From: Mytilus trossulus | Taxonomy: Eukaryota | DNA: 64,000 nt | Direction of reading: 5' to 3' | Assembly (NCBI RefSeq): GCF_036588685.1 | Contig: NC_086380.1 | Span: 79,670,001-79,734,000, forward strand | Shown: piece by piece, positions 14,111-28,500 of the stretch | How the letters are laid out: every line of letters begins with the position of its first letter | Numbering within the stretch: position 1 is the stretch's first letter | Notes under the pieces: generated by a model | What the model was told of the DNA's origin: nothing | Seen by the model: the letters and a program-made list of their open reading frames with translations, nothing else | The model's database searches: none | Made by a program: the position numbers and the translations under genes

Positions 14111-14583
14111 TTAAGGTACCAGTCTTGTATTACAACTCCAATTTCCGGTGCATGTCAAAACATGGAGGGAAACAAAATAGTGCATTTTTTCTGAATTTTT
14201 TTCTGAACTCAATTTTTTCTGTTTGATTATAGGTTTATGCTGAATTGAAACATATATATAGACTTTAAAAAAAATCTTGCATCTTTTGGGGATATCAATC
14301 CAGGAAAGTGGAAGAATATCATGTTTACTGGAAGTGGTGCGGCCTAGTAAAAATAGCAAACAGAAAGTAGAAAAAAATGTTTTGACTTCAGGATTGCGTA
14401 ACTTTTTATTCTTCGTGGCAACACCCTCTTTTTTTCGATTAAATCACAATTTCACATTAGTACATACATGACATGAACATGAATTTTTTTTTCTATGTGG
14501 CATTTTTTATTTTTTTATTTTCAAAGATCAGCTGTTTAGCATGTAAGCCTATGGAGCAGTCAATTACAAGACTGCAACCTTAA
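14111..14583. mobile_element. TTAA-flanked non-autonomous TIR element (Kolobok-like), complete copy 2
   Basis: ttaa|ggtaccagtcttgta ... tacaagactgcaacc|ttaa: imperfect TIR with TTAA on both sides. Confidence 0.75.
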
Positions 14584-14789
14584 GAAGGAAAGTCCGTAAA
14601 TATGTCGCTATCAGAGACAGGTCGTAAGTTGTAGTTTTGAAGATAGATGTTAGTTTATTTACAACGTTATTTGCACTTTGGTCGTTTCCATTCTCAATTT
14701 TATCACAACATATTTGTGTTGTTGGAATAGGCAACTATTATTTATGTTTATTCAAATAAAGGCAACAGTAGTATACCACTTTTCAAAAC

Positions 14790-16097
14790 GGTGTCTTCTC
14801 ATTTATCCAACTTTTTAAAATAAGGTATTCTCATTTAACCAACTTTTTATTTTTGTTAATTATTGGGTTGTTTGTTTAGTAATAGTAAGGTGTCTTTCTA
14901 AAATTTGACAGTAAATTTGTTCCTGCATGTTTTTAAACTATTTAAAAAAAATATATAAAATGGGCGATAGTAAACTATTTTTAAATAAAATTTAGAGTAT
15001 TTTAGATATCAAATAAATGTTTCATCATTTATATAGAAGAAACCCACAAATCAGTAATATTTGTTCATTAGAGGATTTGCGTTAATTTATATTTATACTA
15101 GTAACATGAATATTTTGTATAGAATTTTTACTTCCCAATTTTGATAGCCTTTGGTAGTATCATATTGTTTCAATATCCATTAGTTAGTACATAAGTCACA
15201 TCATCCGACCTACATTTTGCCATCAAGTTCAAGCAGCATATTTATTCATGTACCAAATACCACCTATCGGAAATAAACAGTGACATGATTGCTTTAATTT
15301 AGCACTGTTGTACATTAAAGTCAATTTACTATATTCAATCATGTATTCCACATTAAAGCCAACAATATTCAAAACGAACGCACTTTATACTTCAGTGTTT
15401 GTTTGTCTTGCTTCGTGTATAATTGTTCAAAGAAACTAGAATCTAATCTATTATAAGTCTAGCTTCTTCATAATTTGATGCTAATTGTTGCAACCCAGGA
15501 GCTTTTGAGCTTCCCCATGGACCCTCTTAACCAGGGCAACCATAATTACGCCTTTCATTCGTAAATCATGGCCTAGGACTATTGAAATGTCTAGTAACGC
15601 CTTATACCGTATGTTTGGAATTTCTCGTTATTGGTCTTCTGCTGTTAAGATCAATCCAATCATTTTAACAAACCATAGACAATTAATGGAGGAAGTTCGG
15701 CATAGAAAATTGCCGTATTTTTTTCATTCTCCACCCCCTCTTTCAAATATCATGGAAACGCCCCTAAACCTACATAGACAATAGACTGACCCAACTTAAT
15801 GATAGACTACAGCAAGGACAGATCAATTATATCACTACACTGATGCAGTATCCCACCTACTTAAACGAGGATGAACATTAAATGTCAGTTGCACATTTTA
15901 ATATGCTATGCTAAATAATACTACAGAAAATTTAATCCGGGTATAATTTTCAGTCTTATTTGTCACCTGTCATTCAACCCAAACTCTAATTAAAAAAACC
16001 TTTGTTCTTGATTACCTTTGATCTCATCTATCCAACTTCTTTTTTTACCTGTACTATCTATAATTTTAAAAAAGTTGGATAAATGAGAATGAACCTT
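14790..16097. mobile_element. ~1.3 kb TIR element inserted into another dispersed repeat
   Basis: ttctcatttatccaactttttaaaat (~14797) is inverted at aattttaaaaaagttggataaatgagaa (~16062-16089). The host repeat (aaataaaggcaacagtagtatacc...tcaaaac|tcataaatcc..., intact on the - strand at ~52820-53030 and at ~61040-61400) is split around it. Confidence 0.6.
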
Positions 16098-17617
16098 CAA
16101 AACTCATAAATCCCTGGACAAAAAACAAAATCGGGGTAACAAACTAAAACCGAGGGAAACGCATTAAATACAAGAGGAGAACAACGATACAACACTTAAA
16201 TGTAACACACACAGAAACGAACCAAGCATTAGACAGAATCCCACTAGAATAACAAATATAACATCAAAACCAAATACATGAATTTGGGATAGACAAGTAA
16301 CGTGACACAACGTTGTGTTTTTAATGAGACAATCTTGCATACATGTATACGATCAACATGTTTTTCTAGCTTATATTTAAAGTTTTCCTTTGAAACAGAA
16401 CAAGTGTGGTTTGAAGACTTGAGAAATATGAAATTGGACTATTATGGTCCAATATTCAAAATGTAAATGCATGTTTTCATCCAGATAATCGAAGTACTCC
16501 AATAAATAAGGATAATCAATTGCTAATGGACAATATAAGCTCAATTATGTTAAAATGGTCAATAAAAGAAATTTAGTTTAAAGTCATAAGAAACCTCAAA
16601 TTAAAAAAAAAATATGCATATGTTTTTTATAACTAAATGGATAGTTTTCATTATACAACTTATGTACATAATTATACTTTTTTCTGAGGAAAAATCTTTA
16701 ATATGTCCACATTTAGAAGAAGTTTACTTATTTTTAATTGTTTGCTACCAGGAAGCAATTCGCCGACATAGTATCCGTATGCATATATAGTGACCCAACG
16801 TAACCCTCCTCGTAAAATTCCGGTGACCACAATACGCATGGATCTGTCATTGGAATAAACAAAATATCTGATTATACATGTTAAACACGTGCCCAATACC
16901 CATGCTTTTTGTGATTTTTTTACTATAAGGTGACAATCGGTAAAACTCGGCTTCAAAACATGGCATTTAATGAGCAGCCATATTTGTTAAATCATAACAA
17001 ACAGAGAAAAAAAATGGCGATTATATGATATATTTGCGAAAATAATGATAAAATCGTGCACAGAGGACTACGTTTATGATGTATGCATGCATTGGTTCAG
17101 GAATTGGACAAACATTATTTTTCACCACTCACTTGTTTCATATGAATTTTGGGTCATCAAAACAAATGGACAAATATGGCCGTATTTTTTGGGCATTTTT
17201 TTTCCTTTCTTGAGAAGGTGCAAAAATAAACAAACACCTGAATAACTTTGATACTGTCCACTTTCTGACTCAGATAAACTCTTTAACTCACCTATAGTTG
17301 TGAAGATACCTGGTGTCCATGTCAATTAAGGACAATGAAAACAATACAAACCGGTTTTTTTTTTACCCGAGGGAGCATCTCATAGTTATACCACAACTTA
17401 GTCAATTTTCACACCTTTTGCATGAAGGAAAAAAAAATGGCCATCAAAATCCAAAAGAGATTTTATCTTTCTGAAACACAAAATGCATTTAACGTTAGTA
17501 TATATATCTAGTAGATGCTAGGCATTAAAACTTTTCCAACTTTACAGGTAAGTCTGTACTCAGAGCATTTTTTGGCATGTAAATACAGCCATATTTATCC
17601 GTTTGTTATGCTGAACC

Positions 17618-19124
17618 TTAAGGTTTATCATAACCTTTTGGCTAATATGACCGTATTTACACCACAAATGTTAACCCGAGTACAGACAAACCTATTCACC
17701 TGCAAAAGATTAAGGGATGGCAGGAACCAGATATATAAATTGTAACTGTATTTTATGTTTAAGACAATTATAAACTTTACTAGATTTTGCTTTCCAGTTT
17801 TTTTCGTTCCTGCAGAAGGTGCCAAAATAAACTAAGTCGGGAAAGAGGTTTGAGAATCTCCCCTCATATAATACTGTTGTGAGTAGTGTTGATTTAAAAG
17901 GACAAAAGATGGACAATTGACATCTGCAGACAATAGGTGATTTAAACTGTGTAAATGAGTGGGCCGTATCAAATGAAACTCGGGTGTTTCTTTATGTTTC
18001 TATCTTCTGCAGACTGGAAAAAACTGGACATCAAAATTCAGGTAAGTTTTTAATTTTCTGAAACATATACTTACACTGGTTAGAGGTATAGGGGGAGGGT
18101 TGAGATCTCACAAACATGTTTAACCCCGCCGCATTTTTGCGCCTGTCCCAAGTCAGGAGCCTCTGGCCTTTGTTAGTCTTGTATTATTTAAATTTTAGTT
18201 TCTTGTGTACAATTTGGAAATTAGTATGGCGTTCATTATCACTGAACTAGTATATATTTGTTTAGGGGCCAGCTGAAGGACGCCTCCGGGTGCGGGAATT
18301 TCTCGCTACATTGAAGACCTGTTGGTGACCTTCTGCTGTTGTGTGTTTTTTTATTTTGGTCGGGTTGTTGTCTCTTTGACACATTCCCCATTTCCATTCT
18401 CAATTTTATTTATATAACTTTTATATATCTAGTTCCTGTCATACCTTAAAACTTTCCTAGACGTACCAGTTTCTCTGTACTCATAGTAAATTTTGAGGGG
18501 TGAAAACGGCCATATTTTTAAATTCCTTATGATGAACCTTAAGGTTCATGTGGACCCTATGGCTAAAATGGCCGTATTTTCACCTCAAAATTTACTCTGA
18601 GTACAGACAAACCTGGACATCTGTAAAAACAATCAGGCATAGCATGCCCTAGATAAATGAATGTTTTATGTTTTAGAAAAATAAAAACTTACCAGGATTT
18701 TGCCGTGCACTTTTTTCATTCCTCCAGAAGGTACCAAAATAAACTAAGTTGGGAAGCAGGTTTGAGAACTTCCCCACAGGTAAAAATTAAAGTGAGCATT
18801 TTTTTAATTGACATGGACATTAGATGGACAATAGATACCTGACAATAATTGGTTATGTAAACTGTGTACCTGAGTGGACCATATCAAGGTAAACTCAACT
18901 GTTTGTTCATTTTATCATCTTCTGCAGAGACGAAAAAAAGTGTACGGCAAAATCCAGTTAAGTTATGATTTTTTTTAATCATACAATGCATTTGAATTCT
19001 GTTTATCTAGGGCATACTGTGCCTTAAAACTTTCCCAGATGCACATGTTTGCCTGTACTCAGAGAAAATTTTGAGGTGAAAATACGGCCATTTAGCCCCT
19101 ATATAGGGTCCACATGAACCTTAA
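17618..19124. mobile_element. Tandem ~580-bp TIR elements joined at shared TTAA sites
   Basis: gaacc|ttaa|ggtt junctions at 17618-17621 and 18539-18542; terminal gaacc|ttaa at 19121-19124. The first unit carries a ~340-bp insertion. A related partial unit lies at ~17190-17617. Confidence 0.65.
18075..18412 (+). repeat. Dispersed repeat inserted in the MITE tandem
   Basis: Ends ttgtctctttgacacattccccatttccattctcaattttatt. The same terminus occurs inverted at ~40228-40280, ~42195-42235 and ~57443-57482. Confidence 0.6.
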
Positions 19125-22100
19125 GATGTAATTGTTTGGAAGCCTTTTATTGAAATAATTCATATGTTTTGATGTTTGAATATTGCTACAAATAGTGTAC
19201 GTGTGGTTGTGTATGGTGGTAAGTGTTTATTTGTCATCAAACGTTTAAATTTTAAAACATTATTTTACTTTGGGTCATGGGAAAGAGGGGAAGTGGGGAA
19301 AGGGGGGGGGGGGGGTTAATTTGTTTTTTCATTGCTTTGCGGTTAGTAGTTATAAATGACTATAGATAATTTAGCAATTTTAGGACAAACTGATGTAGTG
19401 AAAATGAAATGCAGAATACAATTATTCCTAGTATTAACGTTAAAACGATAGTAGTGCTATGTAATAATGACATAAGTGTTATCGTAGTTTTTGCAAAAAA
19501 GATCAATAATGTGGAAACAAATTGTGGCTTGAAATTATATGAATTTGTTAATGTGTTATTGGGATTGTTTATTTTTTATTATATTGGTGAATTTATACGA
19601 AGTGGTATCAAACGGGGACATTAATGTTGTGTGTTGTAGAGAGCATTATCATTAAATTGTTGTTAGGTAGATTTAGTCAAAATGAAGAAAACTGTTTTTA
19701 AGTAAAGAGTGGGGAAAATATTTGGAATTATTTTGAAGCAGGGTGATATATAACTTTACGTACAAATAAAGTAAAATGTTTATTTCCAGTAAAATGTTTA
19801 TTTCTATTTCAAATAACACAGACTATTAATAACTAAAACTGCTATATTAAGCAAAATGTTTAGTAACATATTAAAATGAAATGATAGCAACCAATTGCAT
19901 ACCACCTCAAAGATGAGACAATTCATCAGCTAAAACACTGTAAGCGAGGTAACTCTTCTTGCCAAAAAAAAAACCCAAACAACCTAACCTTAACAACTGA
20001 TAGAGTCTCCTGAATTAATCATGTTTTCTCCCATCTTAACCCTCACCTATACCTGTAGTCAATGTAGAATAAACAAAAACCTAGAATCATGAACAGTAAT
20101 TAACAACAACTATCTTTAAAAAAGATATCCGACGTATTTTTTCAGTATATGTTTAAAACTATCATTTCGATAATCTTCAAAAACACAATTTCTGTGTCCT
20201 CGTATATTTCTGTTTACATTCACCAAAAACCCCGCGGAAATCCAACATGCGTAGGTGCGCGTTCTAAAAGTCATGTACCTTCGCACATCAAAGTTTACAT
20301 TAAAATTATATAATTGACCCGAATAAACAGCTGTCATGGATGCAAAGAGCTATTGGAGAAACAACAATTTTAATAAAAATATAAATCTTTGTAAGATCTA
20401 GTTCAAATATTTATAGTTTTTCACTTGCTTTCCATCACAATATAATTTACGAGACGTTTTTTCAAACACAACCAAATCACCCTCCATGACAGCATTTTGT
20501 CAAATCACAGAAAGGATTTTCGAGCATTCGTATTCTGTTGCCATAGTTAAGCGTCCTTAAGCTCAAAGGGCACAAACCGAAACTATACCGACTACGTCGG
20601 AAAAACTCAAATTTAAAGAGTTCGATGTCAGAAGAGGTTACAAAAGAAAATAAGCAAAATGACAATGATACATAAATTATCAAAGGTCTACAGACCTCAA
20701 TTAAACTGATTGAAGACTATGCCTTCATCACATGCAAAGTCGATCACAATCCCCTTGTTAGAGGTTTAGTATCATACCATCATATAATATATGAGAAGAA
20801 CAACTAGTTTATTTTTCATGCAAAACCATAAGATTGAATCTATATTATAAGCCAAAATATGCCATTATGATATGTAATGACCTAACAACAGTATCGTAAC
20901 TATGGACCGAATATTTCAATCTAGTTTTTTCTGTTCATCGAGGTTTTATTTCCTACGAAGCGTTCCTTACTCATATTTAAAGAGGGATGTAAAATTGAAA
21001 AATGCTTTAAATAAAAGATTTTAGTGCAATATTTTTCAACAGCGATTTTGCTTAATATTGTCAAATCTTTTTTTTTTCTCATAATTTTCGCAAAATTTGG
21101 AATTTTTGGGGGCGTTTTTTTTTTTAATTTGGGGAAAAAATATATTTTTGATTCTTAAACATTTTTTTTTAATTTTGTGTCAATCAGATTGCAGATTTTT
21201 TGCTGCGTCATAAATAAATGTTTTAATTATAACAGTTTGTTAGTTCTTATCCCGAACAATCATGTGCGTGAAATATTTTCCACTGGACTAAACATAACTT
21301 CTATCAGTCAATCTTTTGATTATTAAAATATCAGTATTTCTATCTATTTAGTTCACATTATAGCGTTATCAAAGATAAAGGGTGTAGTGATAATACATAA
21401 CGGGTGACAAACATAAATAAAAATAAATATTTATGCAAATTAAAAACTTAACCATCTCGTGACTTAACTCTCTTGAATGGAACGCTTAACAAATATATTT
21501 CATGGAATGAACATTCGTCTAGAGGACTGATAAGAAATATTATTCGTGAAAAGAGCTTTTCATGTGTTATAAATGTACTATGCTTTATCAATGATCAATG
21601 TAAGTACACATCTACCGAATGTATAACTGATATTAATTACAACAAAAACATGATAAGAAAATGGACATGTAAATAAATGCATGGGACAAATTGCAATAGC
21701 TCAATTCTCTTAAAAATAAATGACAATTATTGCAAATGCAAAGCACCAGAGTGCAAGTACTTATAATTAAAATAGCACCGCTAGGACTACAGAAGATATC
21801 GGAACGTAAAAACATGAAGATTCATAGAGGAAGAGAAGCTAAAGATACGAAATGGACAAAACAACTATTTAGTCTGAAATAATCTAATAACGTTATGGTA
21901 AACAAGGGGAAAAAACAGACAAACAAACGACAAACAACAGTACACAAATCAAATATAGAAAACGCAACTAAAACTCCACCAAAAACTAGGTGGAAAAAAG
22001 GGGGGGGGGAGGGTGATCCACAGTGATCATTTGAGCTATATTCTCTCTTATATTTTATCTTAAAATTTCTTTGGGCAGTTTTCTTTTTATCACCCAAATT

Positions 22101-22585
22101 TATGAAAATTAACGTGATGTACTTGATGAAGAAAATGATTACCTAAAATATCTTAAATTTAACTGGTATCTCAATAAATATTTAGCATATAAGATGAGGT
22201 CTAAAATACTTATTCTATATTCAGTAATGTATTTCCTTGCGTATTGCCAAGTGTCAAATATTTTATGCATCTTGAGGGCGAGAACACATAAAAACGTACT
22301 ACAAGAAGGACTTTTGTGAAGATACATGTATGTCAGGCAGCATAACTTACGGGCCAATCAGAGAGTGAGGCACTACACTACAGATCAGACAAACCGGACA
22401 ATAGAAAGAAGTAATAGTAATGTATAACGAAAACATAAAACTACTAAGCTTTAATTATTAACAAAATGAGAAAGAGATTAATATAAATTTAAATAACTTG
22501 TTTCCCAATCCACTATAAAAAAAATATGTTTAAATTAAAATGTGAAGAAACAATTCAATCTTTTCAACTCACTCATATATTTTAG

Positions 22586-25500
22586 ATGACGTCAGATGTG
22601 AATGAATATTTAGAGAATATACTAGACGACATTGGTGGACTCGGACTTTTTCAATGGATTCTAATTACAATAGTCCTAGGTAGTAAAATATCTGTATCAT
22701 GGAGTACTTTAATGATGACGTTTGGCGGGGCAGTACCTGACTGGCATTGTTTCTGGACTACGGTCAATGGTACAGAGTACTATACTAACCAGACGTTTAT
22801 GAAGACATGTGAACTATACAATACCTCAGAACCTGTAATGTGCCAGTCTCAGATCTATGATCCGGACATGGCTACGGTTGTCAGTGAGGTAAGCTGTCTA
22901 TATTTATAGGAATGGCAGTTTCCGAATCTAATGCATCATGGGTAATATTTCAAAAGCGCACGACAAAATGTTATGAGTTGTTTAAAATTTGATAAAAAAG
23001 GACATTCAACCAATAACGGAGCGGTATTTTTTATTTTGGTGTACGAACAATAAGATTACCCATAGTCCTTTTTATTCTGAAAAGGCGAATTGCTCAATAT
23101 TTAAGACTACTTAATATTAGCGTAGCTTTTAAACAAGGTTCTTTTCTTATCCTTCAGTGGTTCTTTTATTGTAATTATCAAGGTTTTGTAATAAGGAAAA
23201 TGCCGATAGACTCTCTTATTGCTAGTTCATTGCTAAAAACCGGTTTGTGTGGGGTTCATCATTAATCTTATTAAAATATTAATCTCTGATATACTTAATA
23301 GGAGATTCATATGTAGTTTAACGAAATCAGAGATCAATATTTTAATTAGGTTGTTTCATCGTGACAGTCTTGACTTTTTTGTGTTTTGTATAATGTTGCT
23401 TGTTTATCGGTGGTTTTTCGGTTTTTCATGTCTTTGACAGTTTGAAATAAGGAGATGTAGTATACATTATTGCCAATGAGACAACTATCCACCAAGGGTC
23501 AAATGAAGTGAGCGTAAGCAGTTTTAGGCAACAACAAACAATATGACACACATAAAGAGATCCGACAACCATCTAACTCCAGGCTTCTGACTTGGTACAG
23601 ACGAGGGTCAATTTCGAGCTCCTTATTATCGTTTAAGATTAGAACGTATATGAATAGGATTATTCTATGCACAATTCTATTATTTTCTGATTGAAAGAGT
23701 AAGGATGATTTTTGTTTAAAAGGCAAGGTTGTAACGTATTTAGTAAAAAGAAAATATCCGAAATTCTATCCTTTCGAAAAAATTTCATCGACTAAATCCC
23801 TTAATGTATATACATTGTAATGTGCTTTGATACCAAAATCCACACATGTTTAACATAATTACTCACATACATTTTATCTATATTACAGTGGGATCTGGTT
23901 TGTGAAAAAGACTGGATAGCATCTACAATAACTACTATACAAATGGGAGGGCTTTTATTCGGTGGATTTGTGTCCGGACAATTAGCAGACGTTCTAGGCA
24001 GAAAATTTACGTACTTCTCGGCGCTCTTCATTTTGTTGGTCTTCAATGGAGCAGCAGCATTTTCGACATCATGGGAAATGTTTGCGGTTTTTAGATTCTT
24101 CATTGGCATTGGATGTGGGTTTTACTTAACTGTATATTTTACTTTTTTAATTGAATTTACACCTCGGACATACAGATCTATGTTAGTAGCACTTCCGTTT
24201 TGGCCAATATTTTGTATCATCTACGCATGTCTGTGCTGGTGGTTACACGAATGGAAGTATATACAATTAGCTATCGCAGCAACTAACATACCTTTTATTT
24301 TAGCAATATTGTAAGTTGGCTCTATATATTTATAATGGTAATGCTACGATTCACACTTAAGGGCATACGATACAGTTTTGATCCTGTATTTACAAGTTCA
24401 TGAAGATTTGCATATAGGCTATTTTTTACCTGATTAAATTAAATATGTAATAAAAAATATACCTTTATGTGGTACTTTTTGAGTAAAATTAGGTCAAAAT
24501 TTTGTATATTTGCCCAAAATTCAGATTTGTGGCCGTATAATTTCTTTTTCGAAATGAAGACATAACTTTTTTATTACAAAAGATAAACACAAATTGTTTT
24601 TTGTTAAATAATTGGTAATTCTGTTTTTTATAAGTATCTCTAAAAATTATGCACTTTTTATTCAGAAATAACTCATATGTATCAAATGTTCGTGAATTGA
24701 GGAAAAAACGTAATTTTTTGCTGCATGTTTATCAAAATTTAAAAAAATCCTCTATTTACAGTTTTATAAAATTTGGGTCACATAATCTCCCTGCAAAATG
24801 AAACAAATTGCCGTTTAAAAAAATGGGGGTCCATGAACACGTTTTCAAATTAAATCAGTTTGAATGATAAAAATCAGACGAAAAAGGCATCTTTTCCCGA
24901 TATGTCACAGTTTGACGTCGCGAAAATAACATTTTACGTTAGCAACGTCATTACCTCCCCTGTAACTGTATCGTTTGCCCTTAAAAGCAGCTTTAATCCA
25001 AAGAATGTGATTCATTTTTTTTTATATTTAAAAAAAAAACCATGGTAAAATCTACCTTTTGGCAAAATATTAGAAACATCAATACCGATGATCCCTTTTC
25101 AGAGGAATAACACGTCTGCTTTCTATTGTGCTTAAAATGAAAATTGTGTACACCAGACGAGCGTTTCGTCTACAAAAGATTCAATGACGATCTTCGAAAA
25201 AAAGTTTAAAGTCTAAATAATGTACGATTTTGGAGAGAATACAGATAAAACTTAAATGTTTACTTACATTGTCTTTGTCCGTATTATACAAAGATCAATA
25301 TAATATATAACGATAAACCCGATTATACTTATTTGTATAACTACAATAATTATACTAGTTATTATCGCTATTTTGTGCATTTTTCCTTTGATCCTTTTTT
25401 GCGATAATTTTCATGTCATGCTTCCCGCTTGAGATGGAAAAATTATCGCTAGAAACTAAGGAGGCCACGTGGCGTTGCTAAAGAAATTGACAACGTCGTC

Positions 25501-28500
25501 ATAGGTAAAATAGCGATAAACAAATTATCATTGGTCATCTCAACCTCGATTGCTTTTCTCACTTTCGCTGTACCAGCTCAAGCGAGAAAATCAATCTCGT
25601 TGAGATAATCAAAGATAATCTAATCTATAATTACAATGAGGTTGAATTCCCTGTCATTTATTTATCATCCACGCACGAACTTGTCTCAGGAAAAAAAAAC
25701 GATATATGTACATTAACCTCACTTTCAGGTATAGAGATGTGTTTATTTTCTGAGACAAGTGCTTGTGACCATCAACAAGAACTTGCGGTCATCCGATGTT
25801 CAGTACTTCAGTACTTTGATTATATACATTCTTTTGAAGCGTTCTCATATTTACTTTTTATTGTCAACTATTCATTTTACGATTCCATATTATAACATGT
25901 ATTTCCTTTCGTATAGTTTTGTTCCAGAGAGTTATAGATGGCTAGTTTCAAATGGAAAGATTGCAAAAGCACACAGCGTTATTACAAAAATTGCTAAAAT
26001 CAATGGCAAACCTCCACCTGATTTTAAGACGTTTTATGAAATGGCATCGCAAGCAACGAAGCAGAAATCAACAGAGAAAAGATATACAATTTTAGATGTC
26101 ATTAAAAACAGACGTTTACTGAGATATAACGTTCTATTATCAGTTGGATGGTACGTGAAATACGTTTACCTTCTTCGTCATACTCCTGTTCTCGTCCAGG
26201 TTTGAATATTTTTCTATCAAAATGGTTGAAACGCATGTATCCGTAACGTACCAACAAATATAGGAAAACACCCAACACACATTGATACATGTATAGGCAT
26301 GATACATCTACTGACTTGGCAATAGCAAAAAAAGAACATCTTGCGGAGTTAAACTTGACGTTAATGCGATCGTTTCATGGACTCACCGTTAGCTATATAA
26401 AAGGCACACAACAGAAACAAATTAAAGTTAATTGTAGTCAATGACTGTTTAAAGGGCTCATGATTAATATTCATTTAGTTGGTAATTCTGGCCATTTAAA
26501 GATAAATAAATTTAATTCTAGAATGCTAAGCTGCATTTCCGTTAATTTTTAAAAAAATGTGTGTATTGCACATAAAGATGTCCAAATATTTTTTTGTCGC
26601 TACAGGTTAAGTTGCGGATACGGATATTATGCTATATCATTCGGAGTACAACAACTCTCGGGAAATCTCTATGTTAACCTGATTCTCATCAATGCAATGG
26701 ATATTATAGGAATAGTGGTGTGGTATCTAGCAAACTGGTGAGTAAGGGATATATATATTATAGGAATATTGGTGTGGTATCTCGCTAACTGGTGAGTAAG
26801 GGATAGACATTATAGGAAAAGTGGTGTGGTATCTCGCTAACTGGTGAGTAAGGGATAGATATTATAGGAATAGTGGTGTGGTATCTCGCTAACTGGTGAG
26901 TAAGAGATAGATATTATAGGAATAGTGGTGTGGTATCTCGCTAACTGGTGAGTATGAGATAGACATCATAGGAATAGTGGTGTGGTATCTCGCTAACTGG
27001 TGAGTATGAGATAGACATTATAGGAATAGTGGTGTGGTATCTCGCTAACTGGTGAGTATGAGATAGACATTAGAGGAATAGTGGTGTGGTATCTCACTTA
27101 CTGGTGAGTAAGGTATAGATATTATAGGAATAGTGGTGTGGTATCTCGCTAACTGGTGAGTAAGAGATAGACATTAGAGGAATAGTGGTGTAGTATTTCG
27201 CTAACTGGTGAGTAAGGTATAGCTATTATAGGAATAGTGGTGTGGTACCTCGCTAACTGGTGAGTAAGAGATAGACATTAGAGGAATAGTGGTGTGGTAT
27301 CTCGCTAACTGGTGAGTAAGGTATAGATATTATGGGAATAGTGGTGTGGTACCTCGCCAACTGGTGAGTATGAGATAGATATTATAGGAATAGTGGTGTG
27401 GTATCTCGCCAACTGGTGAGTATGAGATAGATATTATAGGAATAGTGGTGTGGTATCTCGCTAACTGGTGAGTAAGGTATAGATATTATAGTAATAGTGG
27501 TGTGGTATCTCGCTAACTGGTGAGTAAGAGATAGATATTATAGGAATAGTGGTGTGGTATCTCGCTAACTGGTGAGTAAGAGATAGATATTATAGGAATA
27601 GTGGTGTGGTATCTCGCTAACTGGTGAGTATGAGATAGATATTATAGGAATAGTGGTGTGGTATCTCGCTAACTGGTGAGTAAGAGATAGGTATTATAGG
27701 AATAGTGGTGTGGTACCTCGCCAACTGGTGAGTATGAGATAGATATTATAGGAATAGTGGTGTGATATCTCGCTAACTGGTGAGTAAGAGATAGATATTA
27801 TAGGAATAGTGGTGTGGTATCTCGCTAACTGGTGAGTAAGAGATAGATATTATAGGAATAGTGGTGTGGTATCTCGCTAACTGGTGAGTAAGAGATAGAT
27901 ATTATAGGAATAGTGGTGTGGTATCTCGCTAACTGGTGAGTAAGGGATATATATATATTATAGGAATATTGGTGTGGTATCTCGCTAACTGGTGAGTAAG
28001 GGATAGACATTATAGGAATAGTGGTGTGGTATCTCGCTAACTGGTGAGTAAGGGATAGATATTATAGGAATAGTGGTGTGGTATCTCGCTAACTGGTGAG
28101 TAAGGGATAGACATTATAGGAAAAGTGGTGTGGTATCTCGCTAACTGGTGAGTAAGGGATAGATATTATAGGAATAGTGGTGTGGTATCTCGCTAACTGG
28201 TGAGTAAGAGATAGATATTATAGAAATAGTGGTGTGGTATCTCGCTAACTGGTGAGTATGAGATAGATATTATAGGAATAGTGGTGTGGTATCTCGCTAA
28301 CTGGTGAGTAAGAGATAGGTATTATAGGAATAGTGGTGTGGTACCTCGCCAACTGGTGAGTATGAGATAGATATTATAGGAATAGTGGTGTGATATCTCG
28401 CTAACTGGTGAGTAAGAGATAGATATTATAGGAATAGTGGTATGGTATCTCGCTAACTGGTGAGTAAGAGATAGATATTATAGGAATAGTGGTGTGGTAT

